Shown here: positions 28,431 through 38,140 of the stretch, piece after piece
Layout: every line of letters starts with the position of its first letter
How positions within the stretch are numbered: the stretch's first letter is position 1
NCBI GenBank assembly: GCA_019510095.1
Contig: JAEKLB010000022.1
Location: 1-62,863, forward strand
Length of the DNA stretch: 62,863 bases
Source of the DNA: Acidobacteriota bacterium
GTDB lineage: Bacteria; Actinomycetota; Acidimicrobiia; Acidimicrobiales; CADCSY01
Reading direction: 5' to 3'
Notes under the pieces: generated by a model
What the model was told of the DNA's origin: nothing
Database searches by the model: none
What the model saw: the letters and a program-made list of their open reading frames with translations, nothing else
Made by a program: the position numbers and the translations under genes

Positions 28431-28528
28431 GCCAGCACAATGCCCAGAACCCCGCGGCGGTCATGCGCCCCTGAGGCGGCGGAAAGGCGTGCGTTTGCCC
28501 ATCGTCGGTCGTCGGGCAATGAGCGGGC

Positions 28529-29272
28529 ATGCTCCGCGTCGGATGCTCCGGTTGGTCGTATGCAGACTGGCGAGGGCCCGTCTACCCGGCGAAGGGCCCG
28601 ACGACCACGTGGTTTGCCCACTACGCGGCGCGCTTCGACACCGTCGAGCTCAACAACACGTTCTACCGACTGCCACCGGTGTCGACCGTCGATCGCTGGT
28701 CGCTCCAGGCGCCACCGGGATTCGTCTACGCAGTCAAGGTCGGCCAGTTCGTCACTCACCGCGTGAAGCTGAAGGATCCTGAGCGGTGGTTGGCAAACCA
28801 CCTCGACCGGGTGCGGCGACTGGGTGAGCACCTTGGGCCGAACCTCGTGCAGCTCCCTCCTCGCTGGCACCGCGACGTGGCTCGGCTCGACGAGTTCCTT
28901 GCCGCCGCCCCGAGCGATCTCCGGTGGGCCGTCGAGCTGCGCGATCCGACGTGGCTCCACGACGATGTCCTGTCGACCCTCGAACGGCACCGCGCCGCGC
29001 TCTGCATCCACGACCTCCTTGCCGACCACCCGTGGGTCCGCACCGCCGACTGGACCTATGTGCGGTTCCACGGCCCCCACGCACTCGACGATCGCTACCG
29101 CGGCCGCTACACCGGAACCCGGCTCTGGCGGGTCGCCGAACGGCTGGCAACGTGGCTCGACGAGGGCGCTGACGTGTACGCCTACTTCAACAACGACACC
29201 AATGGTGACGCCGTTCTCGATGCCACCTGGCTGCGTGACCGGGTGCTCGCCCTTCGACAGCAGCCTGTCTGA
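28529..29272 (+). CDS. DUF72 domain protein
   Basis: GCSGWSY, VELNNTFYRLP, KVGQFVTH, QLPP, AVELR, YVRFHG, YFNND. Confidence 0.92.
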   Translation: MLRVGCSGWSYADWRGPVYPAKGPTTTWFAHYAARFDTVELNNTFYRLPPVSTVDRWSLQAPPGFVYAVKVGQFVTHRVKLKDPERWLANHLDRVRRLGEHLGPNLVQLPPRWHRDVARLDEFLAAAPSDLRWAVELRDPTWLHDDVLSTLERHRAALCIHDLLADHPWVRTADWTYVRFHGPHALDDRYRGRYTGTRLWRVAERLATWLDEGADVYAYFNNDTNGDAVLDATWLRDRVLALRQQPV

Positions 29273-29296
29273 GCGCTCCGATGCGATCGAGCGCCG

Positions 29297-29695
29297 TCAG
29301 GCCTGGGCGATGCGGACCAGGTTGCCCGACGGGTCGCGAAAGGCGCAGTCGCGCGCGCCCCACGGCTGGGACACCGGCTCCTGGAGCACCTCGGCCCCCG
29401 ACGCCCGAACCTTCTCGAAGGTGGTGTCGAGGTCGTCGGTGCGGAAGATCGCAGCCTGCAGCGTCCCCTGGGTCACGAGCGCCAGGAGGGCGTCGCCCTC
29501 CGCTTCGGAACGACCGCCGTGGGGCTGGGAGAGGACGATCTCGACGTCCTGTCCTGGAGCGCCGACGGTGACCCAGCGAAACCCACCCGACGCGACGTCG
29601 TTGCGGACTTCGAGGCCGAGGGCGTCGCGGTAGAAGACGAGCGCCTCATCGGGGTCGTGCACGGGGATGAACATGGTTGAGACGGTGACTGTCAT
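29297..29695 (-). CDS. VOC family protein
   Basis: VHDPDEALVFYRDALGL, QPWGARDCAFRDPSGNLVRI. Confidence 0.9.
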   Translation of the reverse strand: MTVTVSTMFIPVHDPDEALVFYRDALGLEVRNDVASGGFRWVTVGAPGQDVEIVLSQPHGGRSEAEGDALLALVTQGTLQAAIFRTDDLDTTFEKVRASGAEVLQEPVSQPWGARDCAFRDPSGNLVRIAQA

Positions 29696-29770
29696 GGTTC
29701 GACGGTACGAGGACCGGCCGCGTCGATGCTTCTCCGATCCTGCTCGGGTTGGCGCAGCTGTCGGCAGGGC

Positions 29771-30181
29771 TCAGGCGGTGACCGCGCGACGCCTCGGCCT
29801 TGTCACGACCATGCTCACGCACGACGGGACGACCTCGTGGTGCCGGTGGTCGCGCCCGCGGTACTGCGAGGGCGTCTCGCCGACGATCTCGGTGAAGCGC
29901 GAGCTGAACGAGCCGAGCGATGTGCAACCAACGGCCAGGCAGGTGTCGGTGACCGAGATCCCCTGGCGCAACAGTGCCTTGGCCCGCTCGATGCGCCGGG
30001 TCATGAGGTAGGAGTAGGGCGTCTCGCCATAGGCCGTACGGAACTTCCGCGAGAAATGCGCGGGCGACATGAGCGCGGCTCGCGCCATCGCGGGGACGTC
30101 GAGCGGCTCGGCGTAGTCACGGTCGATGAGGTCGCGTGCCCGGCGCAGGTGCACCAGATCGGCAAGCTCCTCCGGCGTCAT
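29771..30181 (-). CDS. AraC family transcriptional regulator (HTH only)
   Basis: LRRARDLIDRDYAEPLDV, MSPAHFSRKF, VGCTSLGSFSSRF; the usual partner of the adjacent VOC gene. Confidence 0.92.
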   Translation of the reverse strand: MTPEELADLVHLRRARDLIDRDYAEPLDVPAMARAALMSPAHFSRKFRTAYGETPYSYLMTRRIERAKALLRQGISVTDTCLAVGCTSLGSFSSRFTEIVGETPSQYRGRDHRHHEVVPSCVSMVVTRPRRRAVTA

Positions 30182-30273
30182 GCCGATGACGATACGCCGC
30201 TCGGGTCGGGCGACCGTGACGCCGCCGACGTCGGTGACGGGCGCGCCGGCTGACCTCGTTAGGGTCCATCCTC

Positions 30274-31206
30274 GTGCACGAGGGTGGGCGTCGGGCGGTC
30301 GTGGCGGCCCTGCTCGCCAACGCCGGCATCGCGTTGGCCAAGCTCGTTGGCTTCGTGCTCACCGGAGCCGCGTCCCTGTTGGCCGAGGCCGTGCACTCGC
30401 TGGCCGACACCAGCAACCAGGCCCTGCTCCTCCTCGGGAGCACGAGGGCCAAGCGGTCGGCCACTCGATCGCACCCGTTCGGCTACGGGCGGGAGACCTA
30501 CTTCTGGGCCTTCGTCGTGGCGCTCGTGCTGTTCCTGCTCGGTGGTGTGTTCGCCATCGTCGAGGGCATCGAGAAGTTGCGCCATCCGCACGAGGTCGAG
30601 GGCCTCGGCGTGGCCGTTGGCATCCTGCTGGTGGCCGTCACCCTCGAGAGCTTCTCGCTGCGGACCGCGATCCACGAGGCCAACCAGGTGCGCGGCGACG
30701 ACTCGTGGTGGGCCTTCATCCGCCGGTCGAAGCGGCCGGACCTGCCGATCGTGCTCCTCGAGGACGTCGGTGCCGAGGTCGGCCTGGCCTTCGCGCTCAC
30801 CGGTGTGTTGCTGGCGCGGATCACCGACAACCCGCGCTGGGACGCGGCCGGCAGCCTGGCCATCGGCGTGCTCCTCGTGGTCGTGGCGGTCATCCTGGTC
30901 ATCGAGATGAAGAGCCTGCTGATTGGCGAGTCGGCGACCCTCGCCGACGAGGAGGCCATCGGGTCGGCCATCGAGTCGGCCCCGGGTGTCCGGCGGTTGA
31001 TCCACCTCCGGACCGAGCATCTCGGGCCCGACGAGCTGCTGGTGGTGGCCAAGATCGAGCTCGACGCCACCCTGACGGTGGCCGAGGTCGCCGATCGCAT
31101 CAACGGCGCCGAGGCGGCGCTGCGGGCGGCGGTACCGGCCGCCCGGCTGGTCTTCCTGGAGCCGGACGTCGCCCGGCCCGAGCTCGACCGCCCCGAGCCG
31201 GCCTAG
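30274..31206 (+). CDS. Cation diffusion facilitator (CDF) family transporter
   Basis: EAVHSLADTSNQ, HPFGYGRE, LLEDVGA, WDAAGS, C-terminal dimerisation domain. Confidence 0.9.
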   Translation: MHEGGRRAVVAALLANAGIALAKLVGFVLTGAASLLAEAVHSLADTSNQALLLLGSTRAKRSATRSHPFGYGRETYFWAFVVALVLFLLGGVFAIVEGIEKLRHPHEVEGLGVAVGILLVAVTLESFSLRTAIHEANQVRGDDSWWAFIRRSKRPDLPIVLLEDVGAEVGLAFALTGVLLARITDNPRWDAAGSLAIGVLLVVVAVILVIEMKSLLIGESATLADEEAIGSAIESAPGVRRLIHLRTEHLGPDELLVVAKIELDATLTVAEVADRINGAEAALRAAVPAARLVFLEPDVARPELDRPEPA

Positions 31207-33293
31207 CGCGACGGCTGCGGCTGGAGCCCGGCCTTGACCACGTCGAGCAGGGCAGCGGCCGTCAGCGGATGGTGAAAGTGGAAGCCCTGCGCCCGACGCC
31301 CGCCGAGGGCCCGCAGCGCCGCCGCTTGCGCCGCGTTCTCGACGCCTTCGGCTACGACGTCGAGGCCGAGCGCCTCGGCCATGGTGAACATGGCCCGCAG
31401 GAGGGCGACGTCATTGGTGTCGAAGGGCAGCCCGGCGACGAAGCTCTGGTCGATCTTCAGGCCGTCGACCGGGAGCCGTTTGAGCGCCGACAGCGATGAG
31501 TACCCGGTGCCGAAGTCGTCGAGAACGATGGCGAGCCCGGCATCGCGAAGCTTGGTGAGACCCACGATGCAGGCATCGATGTCGGCGGTGAATGCGGTCT
31601 CGGTGATCTCGAGTGCCACGCGGCGAGGATCGACGCCACTGGCCCGGAGCGCATCGGTGACGGTGCCAGGGAAGCGAGGTGAGGCGAGCTGCCTGGTCGA
31701 GACGTTGACCGACAAGGCCAGCTCGGGGACGACCGAGTGCCACTGGGCCAGCTGGTGGAACGACTCGTGCAGCACCCACGCGCCGATGGGCACGATCAGC
31801 TCCGTCTCCTCGGCGATCTTCATGAAGTCCTCGGGCGCGAGGGTTCCGCGGAGGGGATGGTCCCACCGGAGCAGCGCCTCGACGCCGATGATCTGGCGGT
31901 CCTCGAGGTTCACGACCGGCTGGTAGCGCAGCGAGAACTCGTTGTGGTCGGTGGCACGCCGCAGATCGACGGTGATGGCCGCGCGCTCCTCGGCGATGTG
32001 CCGCAGATGCTCGGTGAAGAGCTCGGTTCGCATGCGGCCGCTGTCCTTGGCGTGCAGCAGGGCGAGGTCGGCGTCCCGGAGCAATGACGCCGCCGAGGAG
32101 TCCCGCGTGGCGACGGCGATGCCCATGCTGGCGCCCACTCGGAGCTCGACGCCACCGACGGAGCAGGGAAGGTCGATCGCCGATCGCAGGCGATCGCCCA
32201 AGTCGCCGACGAAGTCACCGCCACCGACGGCGAGGACGACGAACTCGTCGCCGCCGAAGCGGCCCACGGTGTCCGTCGGACGGACACTGCCGGCGAGGCG
32301 CTCGGCGATGCAGACGAGGAGCTCGTCGCCGCCGTCGTGGCCGTACCTGCTGTTGATCGCCTTGAACCCATCGAGGTCGAGGAACACCACCGCCACGGTT
32401 GCCTTCGACCGGTCAGCAGTCACCAGCGCCTCTTGCAGGCGCTCCATGAACAGGGTGCGATTCGGCAGCCTGGTCAGCGGATCGTGCTCGGCCTGGAACG
32501 CCAGCTGCTCCTCGTAGGCCTTTCGGTCGGTGAGGTCGGTGAGCATGGCCAGATGGCCGATCAGCGTGCCGGCGCTGTCCATGAGGGGGTTCATCTTGAC
32601 CAAGACGTGAAGCTCGGTCCCATCGGCCCGGATGGTGACCAGCTCGCGCTGGAAGCGCTTGATGCTGGTCGGCGCGAATCGCCGGTTGGGATCGCTCTGG
32701 AAGGGGAAGGCGGGCGCACCGACGAGCGCCTCGACGGTGCTGCCGAGCATGTCGGCCAAGCGCCGGTTGGCGAAGGTGATGGTGCGGTCGAGGTCGATGG
32801 TGACGATGCCTTCCTCGGCCGTCTCCACGATCTGGCGGTAGCGCTCCTCGCTCAGGCGGACCTGGCGGATCGCTTCGTCGCGCTCGTTCTGGGCGGCGTG
32901 CCAGTCCGTGAGGTCGGCGACGGTGGCGAAGTAGCCGTCGTCGCGGGGCAGCCTCGAGATGCGGAAGATCACGTAGACCTCGCTGCCGTCATGGCGCACG
33001 AGGTGGCCGACCCGGCGAACGACATGCCCGTTGTCGGTCTGCTCCCGCATGGTGGCAATCGCGGGCTGGAGGTCGTTGGCGATGAAGTCGGCCAAGGGGC
33101 GGCCGATCAGGCTCTCGGGACCCTCGACGCCCAGGACCTCGGCCATGGCCAGGTTCGCCATGGTGATCTGCTGGTCGGTCCCGAACGCCCAGATGCCCTG
33201 CTGGGCGTGCTCGACGATCTGCCGGTACGACGCCTCGTGCCCATCGAAGATGCCGAGGTCGGCGACGGTGTCCTGACCTCCATCCCTTGCCAT
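31203..33293 (-). CDS. PAS-PAS-GGDEF-EAL c-di-GMP turnover protein
   Basis: Two PAS-like segments, HDPLTRLPNR, RFGGDEF, EALLRW, DDFGTGYSSL, AEGVE. Alternative start 33332. Confidence 0.92.
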   Translation of the reverse strand: MARDGGQDTVADLGIFDGHEASYRQIVEHAQQGIWAFGTDQQITMANLAMAEVLGVEGPESLIGRPLADFIANDLQPAIATMREQTDNGHVVRRVGHLVRHDGSEVYVIFRISRLPRDDGYFATVADLTDWHAAQNERDEAIRQVRLSEERYRQIVETAEEGIVTIDLDRTITFANRRLADMLGSTVEALVGAPAFPFQSDPNRRFAPTSIKRFQRELVTIRADGTELHVLVKMNPLMDSAGTLIGHLAMLTDLTDRKAYEEQLAFQAEHDPLTRLPNRTLFMERLQEALVTADRSKATVAVVFLDLDGFKAINSRYGHDGGDELLVCIAERLAGSVRPTDTVGRFGGDEFVVLAVGGGDFVGDLGDRLRSAIDLPCSVGGVELRVGASMGIAVATRDSSAASLLRDADLALLHAKDSGRMRTELFTEHLRHIAEERAAITVDLRRATDHNEFSLRYQPVVNLEDRQIIGVEALLRWDHPLRGTLAPEDFMKIAEETELIVPIGAWVLHESFHQLAQWHSVVPELALSVNVSTRQLASPRFPGTVTDALRASGVDPRRVALEITETAFTADIDACIVGLTKLRDAGLAIVLDDFGTGYSSLSALKRLPVDGLKIDQSFVAGLPFDTNDVALLRAMFTMAEALGLDVVAEGVENAAQAAALRALGGRRAQGFHFHHPLTAAALLDVVKAGLQPQPSR

Positions 33294-33456
33294 TGCGCCT
33301 CCGGCCCGCATGTTGTCGCAGATCATCGGCACGCGCCAGGACTACGTGTAGCGACCACAGGGAGTGGCCCGGGCAGCGCCAGCCTAGGATCGACGTATCG
33401 CCATCGGGCGGTGGGTGAGCCGGGAAGCCTGGTCGGCACGAGTCCAAGGAGGACGT

Positions 33457-34137
33457 GTGCCTGACGCCGCTCATGACCTGAAGCCCGAGATCGATTCGCT
33501 GGATCACCTGCGGGCGGGTCTTCGCATCTCCCGGGTGTCGATCATCTGGACCTTGGCGTCGAGCTCACTCGGGCTGGTGATCGGCCTGCGGGCGGGGAGC
33601 CTCGTCTTGGTGGGCTTCGCCCTCACCGGGCTGCTCGACGTGGTCGGGTCGAGCGCGCTCGTGCTCCACTTCCGGCACGCACTCCGCCACGAGACGTTCT
33701 CCGAGCGTCGCGAGCAGCTGGCATTGCGGGTGGTCATCGGCGGCCTGGCCGTCATCGGCCTGGCCGTGGCCGCCCAGAGTGCACGCGAGCTCATCGCCAG
33801 CGGACCAGCGCATTCGGCGCCGAGCGGGGTCGTGCTGGCTGCGCTGTCAGTGGTGGTGCTCGCCGTTCTGGCCGATCGCAAGCGTCGCGTCGCCCGTCTC
33901 ATTCCCAGCCAGGCCTTGCTGGCCGACGGCTGGCTGTCGGGCGTGGGCACCCTCCTCGCTGCCGTCACTGTCGCCGGGACGGGGGCGACGTCGCTGTTCG
34001 GCTGGTGGTGGGTCGATCCCGTCGCCGCGGGTGTGGTGGCGTGTGGGGCGGTCGCCGTCGCAGTCGTGCTGGCGAAGGGTTCGGATGGACCGGACCAACC
34101 CGGCGATCAATCGGGCGTCGGCCCGATCAGCCGGTAG
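33457..34137 (+). CDS. Small CDF-like cation transporter (no C-terminal domain)
   Basis: SLVLVGFALTGLLD, ALLADG, WWWVDPVAA; GTG behind AAGGAGG. Confidence 0.75.
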   Translation: MPDAAHDLKPEIDSLDHLRAGLRISRVSIIWTLASSSLGLVIGLRAGSLVLVGFALTGLLDVVGSSALVLHFRHALRHETFSERREQLALRVVIGGLAVIGLAVAAQSARELIASGPAHSAPSGVVLAALSVVVLAVLADRKRRVARLIPSQALLADGWLSGVGTLLAAVTVAGTGATSLFGWWWVDPVAAGVVACGAVAVAVVLAKGSDGPDQPGDQSGVGPISR

Positions 34138-34805
34138 CCGAGCCCCGGTTCGCTCATGATCGAAGGACGGTCCGGCCCGCTCCCGAGCTTCTTCCGGAGC
34201 TGGGTGATGTGGACGCGGAGCGACTCCGTTTTGCGCAGATCGGTGGTTCCCCAGACCGTGTCGAGCAATGTCCGGTGTGGCAGGAGCCGCCCAGGCCTTA
34301 GCGCGAGGCATTTCAGGAGGGCGAACTCCTTAGCGGTGAGGGTGAGCGGGGCGCCGTCGACCGCCGCGCCATGAGCTGCGGCATCGATCGTCAGGTCGCC
34401 GACCGTGATGAGCCGGGTCTCGCCCACGATCGTCGCCAGCGTCTGACGGTGGCGGAGAGCCACCCGGATACGGGCCAACAGCTCAGGGATCGAGAAGGGC
34501 TTGGTGATGTAGTCGTCGGCGCCCTCGTCGAGCGCGGCCACCTTGCGGGCGTCGTCACCCGCCGCACTCAGCACGAGGATCGGGTTTACGAACCAGCGCC
34601 GTAGCTCGCGACACACCTCGAGGCCGTCGATGTCAGGCAGGCCGAGATCAAGGATGATCAGATCGGGTTCGTCGGTCGAGGCCCGATCGAGCGCGGTTCG
34701 CCCGTCGGCGGCGACGTCCACCACGTACTCGCGAGCTCGGAGGGCAGTCGTGACGATCTCGGCCATCGACCGGTCGTCCTCGACGTAGAGGATCGAGCTA
34801 CGCAA
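34107..34805 (-). CDS. OmpR-family response regulator, KdpE-like
   Basis: YVEDD, IILDLGLPDIDG, DYITKPF, C-terminal wHTH (LRVHITQLRKKL...EPGLGYR). TTG start overlapping the kinase stop is inferred. Confidence 0.9.
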   Translation of the reverse strand: MRSSILYVEDDRSMAEIVTTALRAREYVVDVAADGRTALDRASTDEPDLIILDLGLPDIDGLEVCRELRRWFVNPILVLSAAGDDARKVAALDEGADDYITKPFSIPELLARIRVALRHRQTLATIVGETRLITVGDLTIDAAAHGAAVDGAPLTLTAKEFALLKCLALRPGRLLPHRTLLDTVWGTTDLRKTESLRVHITQLRKKLGSGPDRPSIMSEPGLGYRLIGPTPD

Positions 34806-35835
34806 GCGGAAGCACCACCCGGAAGGCCGACCCGCAGGGCTCACGGTTGCCGGCGTCGATCGTGCCGCCGTGGGCTTCGACGACGGCCTTGCAGATCGCC
34901 AGGCCCACGCCGCTCGTGCCGGGATTGGCGCCGCTGCGGAACGCGTCGAACACCACCGGCAGCTCTGCCGGTGTCATCCCAGGTCCCTCGTCGAGGATCT
35001 CGATCTGCAGCTGGTCGTCCCTCGCCGCCGCGACGATCTGGATGCCCGCGCCGGGTGGCGTGTGCCTCGCCGCGTTCTCGACCAGGTTGGTCACCACCTG
35101 CTCGAGCAGCGCGTGGTCGGCCCTGACGAGCGGGAGCCCATCGGCGATGCTCACCTCGATCCGGATGTCGTGGAGCGGCGCCTGCAGCCGGGTCGTACAC
35201 AGCTCGATCAGCTCGCCGATGTCGACGGCCTGCCGGTTCGGCACGAGCATGTCGGCTTCGATCCGGGCCAGGCTGAGGAGGTTGCCCACCAGCCGCTCGA
35301 GTCGCTCCGCTTCTCGCCGGGCGGTCGTGGCAAGCCCCCGGCGGGTTGCCTGCGTATGGAGCTCCGTGTCCTCCAACTCGGACAAGGCCGCCTGGATGCT
35401 GGCGAGGGGGGTTCGCAGGTCATGCGACACGGCCCGGAGTAAGGCGGCGTGGTGGCGTTCGACTCGCCGCAGCGCCTCGACCCGACTGGTGACGAGCATG
35501 CCGATCAGGAAGACCACTACGAAGAAGACGACGAGGGCGACCACGTCCTGCGCCACCGATACCCGAGGTGACCCGATCGGTTCGAGCAGCAGCGAGAACG
35601 AGACGGTCGCGACGACGGCCACGGCGGCGGCAGCATGCCGCCCGCCGACGACCGCCGTCGCGACCACGGGGACAACGAGGATGAGGGCCTGGGCCGGATG
35701 CCCGAGCCTGGTGTTGACCAACCCGGCCACCACCAGGATGACGCCGGTCGCAGTGGCTCCGCTGACTGCGGCAGCGGTCGACGACATCCCCCGCAAGAAG
35801 ATGCGGGAGCGGTCCGAGTCGCCGCTTCTAGCCAT
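34798..35835 (-). CDS. Sensor histidine kinase, minimal KdpD-like (4-TM DUF4118-like + HisKA + HATPase)
   Basis: SHDLRTPL, NLVENAARH, DEGPG, GVGLAIC; N-terminal four hydrophobic helices only. Confidence 0.88.
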   Translation of the reverse strand: MARSGDSDRSRIFLRGMSSTAAAVSGATATGVILVVAGLVNTRLGHPAQALILVVPVVATAVVGGRHAAAAVAVVATVSFSLLLEPIGSPRVSVAQDVVALVVFFVVVFLIGMLVTSRVEALRRVERHHAALLRAVSHDLRTPLASIQAALSELEDTELHTQATRRGLATTARREAERLERLVGNLLSLARIEADMLVPNRQAVDIGELIELCTTRLQAPLHDIRIEVSIADGLPLVRADHALLEQVVTNLVENAARHTPPGAGIQIVAAARDDQLQIEILDEGPGMTPAELPVVFDAFRSGANPGTSGVGLAICKAVVEAHGGTIDAGNREPCGSAFRVVLPLA

Positions 35836-35847
35836 AAGCGCCTGACG

Positions 35848-36189
35848 TTAGATGGCTGCCTCTCCGGACTCGCCGGTGCGAACTCGCATGAGCGCGTCGA
35901 GCGGCAGCGACCAGATCTTCCCGTCGCCGATCTTGCCGGTGCGGGCCGAGTCGGAGACGACGAGCATTACTTTCTCGGCCTCCGCCGACTCGACGATGAT
36001 GTCGAGTCGGACCTTGGGGACGAAGTCGATCGTGTACTCGGAGCCGCGGAACGTCTCGGTCTTGCCGCCTTGGCGTCCGTAGCCCTGGACCTCGCTGACG
36101 GTGAGGCCGAGAACGCCGGCGGCTCGCAGTGCTTCCTTCACCTCCTCGAGCTTGTGGGGCTTGATGATGGCGGTGATGAGATGGGGCAT
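35848..36189 (-). CDS. glnK: Nitrogen regulatory protein P-II
   Basis: AIIKPHKL, T-loop GYGRQGGKTETFRGSEY (Tyr51 equivalent kept), PKVRL, TGKIGDGKI, RVRTGE; amt linkage. Confidence 0.95.
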   Translation of the reverse strand: MPHLITAIIKPHKLEEVKEALRAAGVLGLTVSEVQGYGRQGGKTETFRGSEYTIDFVPKVRLDIIVESAEAEKVMLVVSDSARTGKIGDGKIWSLPLDALMRVRTGESGEAAI

Positions 36190-36494
36190 CAGGTTCCTTC
36201 GTGGGGGTTGAGGCCGACCTCGAGGAGGAAGCCCCGTGCGCGAATGGTGTGAATGGTCAGGCCGAGCGGGCGCATCCGGCGGCGGAGCCGGTGTACCAGG
36301 TTGTTGAGCGACCCGTCGGCGGCGGTGCCGTCGGGCCAGAGGGTGGCGGCGAGATCCTCGCGAGGGACGACCTCGCCCGGTTGGGCCAGCAGAGACCGCA
36401 AGGCGAGCTCCTCCAGCGGGCTCACTGCCACCCAGGCGCCGTGATAGCGCAGCAACCCGTGATCATCGAGCTCGGGAGCTGGGGCGTCCATCAC
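36189..36494 (-). CDS. Stand-alone OmpR/PhoB-type winged-helix DNA-binding domain protein
   Basis: SPLEELALRSLLAQPGEVVPREDL...LW...SLNNLVHRLRRRM...IHTIRARGFL; no receiver domain; coupled to both neighbours. Confidence 0.8.
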   Translation of the reverse strand: MMDAPAPELDDHGLLRYHGAWVAVSPLEELALRSLLAQPGEVVPREDLAATLWPDGTAADGSLNNLVHRLRRRMRPLGLTIHTIRARGFLLEVGLNPHEGT

Positions 36495-36495
36495 G

Positions 36496-38064
36496 TCAGA
36501 CCGACGAGTCGATCCTGTCGGAGGTGGGCGGGATCGGCGCCCGACCCGGCAGGCCGGCCGGCGTCATGTACGTCATGCCCATACCGAACTCGACGTGGTA
36601 GGCGGGCGTGCCGTGCTCGTGGATGTCGAGGCCTTCGAGCTCGATGTCCTGGGACACTCGCAGGCCCCATTCGCCGGGGATGGCCTTGATGGCGAACATC
36701 ACGATGGCAGCGAGGCCCCCGACGACGACCAGGCACGACAGGCTGCCGATCGCTTGGGAGACGAGCTGGTCGGTGCCGCCGCCGTAGAACAGGCCGTTGA
36801 CGCCATAGCCGCCGGTGGCGAACAGACCCACGCTGAGCGTGCCCCAGACGCCGGCGAGCATGTGCACCGGTACTGCGCCGATCGGGTCGTCGATGCGGAG
36901 GTGCTCCAGCGCGTCGATCCCGAGCGGCACGACGATGCCGGCGATGGCCCCGATCCACACTGCTCCGGCTGGCGACACCCAATAGCACGGGGCGGTGATG
37001 GCGACCAGGCCGCCGAGGAAGCCGTTGAGCGACATGCCCAGGTCCCACTTCTTTGAGCGGGGGTAGACGAACAGGACGGCGATGAGGCCGCCGGCGCATG
37101 CTGCCAGCGTGGTGTTGGCGGCCACCCGGCCGATGCCCTCGAAGTCCATACCCGACAGGGTCGAGCCGGGGTTGAACCCATACCAACCGAACCAGAGGAT
37201 CACCGCGCCGATCGACGCCATGGTGAGGTCGTGCGGCGGGGTCGGGCCACCGCCGTCGCGCTTGAACTTGCGGCCGAGGCGGGGGCCGAGGGCGATGGCG
37301 CCCATGAGAGCGATGGTGCCGCCAACGGTGTGCACGACGGTCGAGCCGGCGAAGTCACGGAAGAACGTGTCGGGGCTCAGGCTGTGGAACCAGCCCATGG
37401 TCGTGGCCAGCCAGCCGCCCGGCCCCCACACCCAGTGCCCGAAGATCGGATAGAAGAAGCCCGAGACGCAGGTCGAGTAGAGGATGTCGCCCTTGAAGCT
37501 GGTGCGGCCGACCATGGCGCCCGACGTGATGGTCGAGGCGGTGTCGGCGAAGGCGAACTGGAACAGGAAGAACGCCAGGAACGCCACACCGGTGTCGGGC
37601 CCGAGCCCGGCGTAGTCGTAGGTCGACGGGATCCCGTGCAGGAAGAAGTAGGAGTGGCCGATGAGCCCGTTGCCCAGCCCGAACTGGAAGGCGAAGCCGA
37701 ACGCCCAGTAGAGGATGCCGCAGAGGCAGGTGTCGAACACGCACTCCATGAGCACGTTCACCGTTTCCCGGGAGCGGGCGACGCCCGCTTCGAGGGCCAT
37801 GAAGCCGGCCTGCATGAAGAAGACCAGGAAGGCAGTCACCAGCACCCACACCGTGTTGATGGCGCTGACCTGATGGGCGAGCTGCTGGGGAATCGACTCC
37901 TTCGTCTGGGCCCCTGCTGGGGACTCGAAGAGCCAGAAGAAGCCGCGCACCGCCGCCAACACCGTGGCGATGCCGATCATCTTGCCGGCCAGGACCGTGG
38001 CGAAGAGCTTCCGCGTCTCCCACTGCTTGAACTGGCTGAGTTTCCGTCGCATGCCGAGGACCAT
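36496..38064 (-). CDS. amt: Ammonium transporter (Amt) with N-terminal extension
   Basis: FFMQAGF, FQFAFA, DFAGSTVVH, WFGWYGFN, NGFLGGLVAIT, DDPIGAVPVH. Alternative start 38052. Confidence 0.95.
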   Translation of the reverse strand: MVLGMRRKLSQFKQWETRKLFATVLAGKMIGIATVLAAVRGFFWLFESPAGAQTKESIPQQLAHQVSAINTVWVLVTAFLVFFMQAGFMALEAGVARSRETVNVLMECVFDTCLCGILYWAFGFAFQFGLGNGLIGHSYFFLHGIPSTYDYAGLGPDTGVAFLAFFLFQFAFADTASTITSGAMVGRTSFKGDILYSTCVSGFFYPIFGHWVWGPGGWLATTMGWFHSLSPDTFFRDFAGSTVVHTVGGTIALMGAIALGPRLGRKFKRDGGGPTPPHDLTMASIGAVILWFGWYGFNPGSTLSGMDFEGIGRVAANTTLAACAGGLIAVLFVYPRSKKWDLGMSLNGFLGGLVAITAPCYWVSPAGAVWIGAIAGIVVPLGIDALEHLRIDDPIGAVPVHMLAGVWGTLSVGLFATGGYGVNGLFYGGGTDQLVSQAIGSLSCLVVVGGLAAIVMFAIKAIPGEWGLRVSQDIELEGLDIHEHGTPAYHVEFGMGMTYMTPAGLPGRAPIPPTSDRIDSSV

Positions 38065-38114
38065 AAGGAAGGAGCGTTAAGCAAACATTCGGTGAAGATG
38101 GCCAATCGACGTCG

Positions 38115-38136
38115 AGTTCCTGACCACTGTCTGACG
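38115..38136 (-). promoter_or_regulatory. Two 11-bp direct-repeat units (CGTCAGACAGT GGTCAGGAACT), candidate OmpR/GlnR-type box upstream of amt
   Basis: Read on the minus strand; the same NNTCAG core and 11-nt period occur upstream of the second amt. Confidence 0.5.
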
Positions 38137-38140
38137 AAGG

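Noticed and set aside
34107-35835. Naming the two-component pair kdpD/kdpE
   Set aside because: Kinase lacks the KdpD N-terminal, Usp and GAF regions, and no kdpFABC is present; similarity is family-level only.
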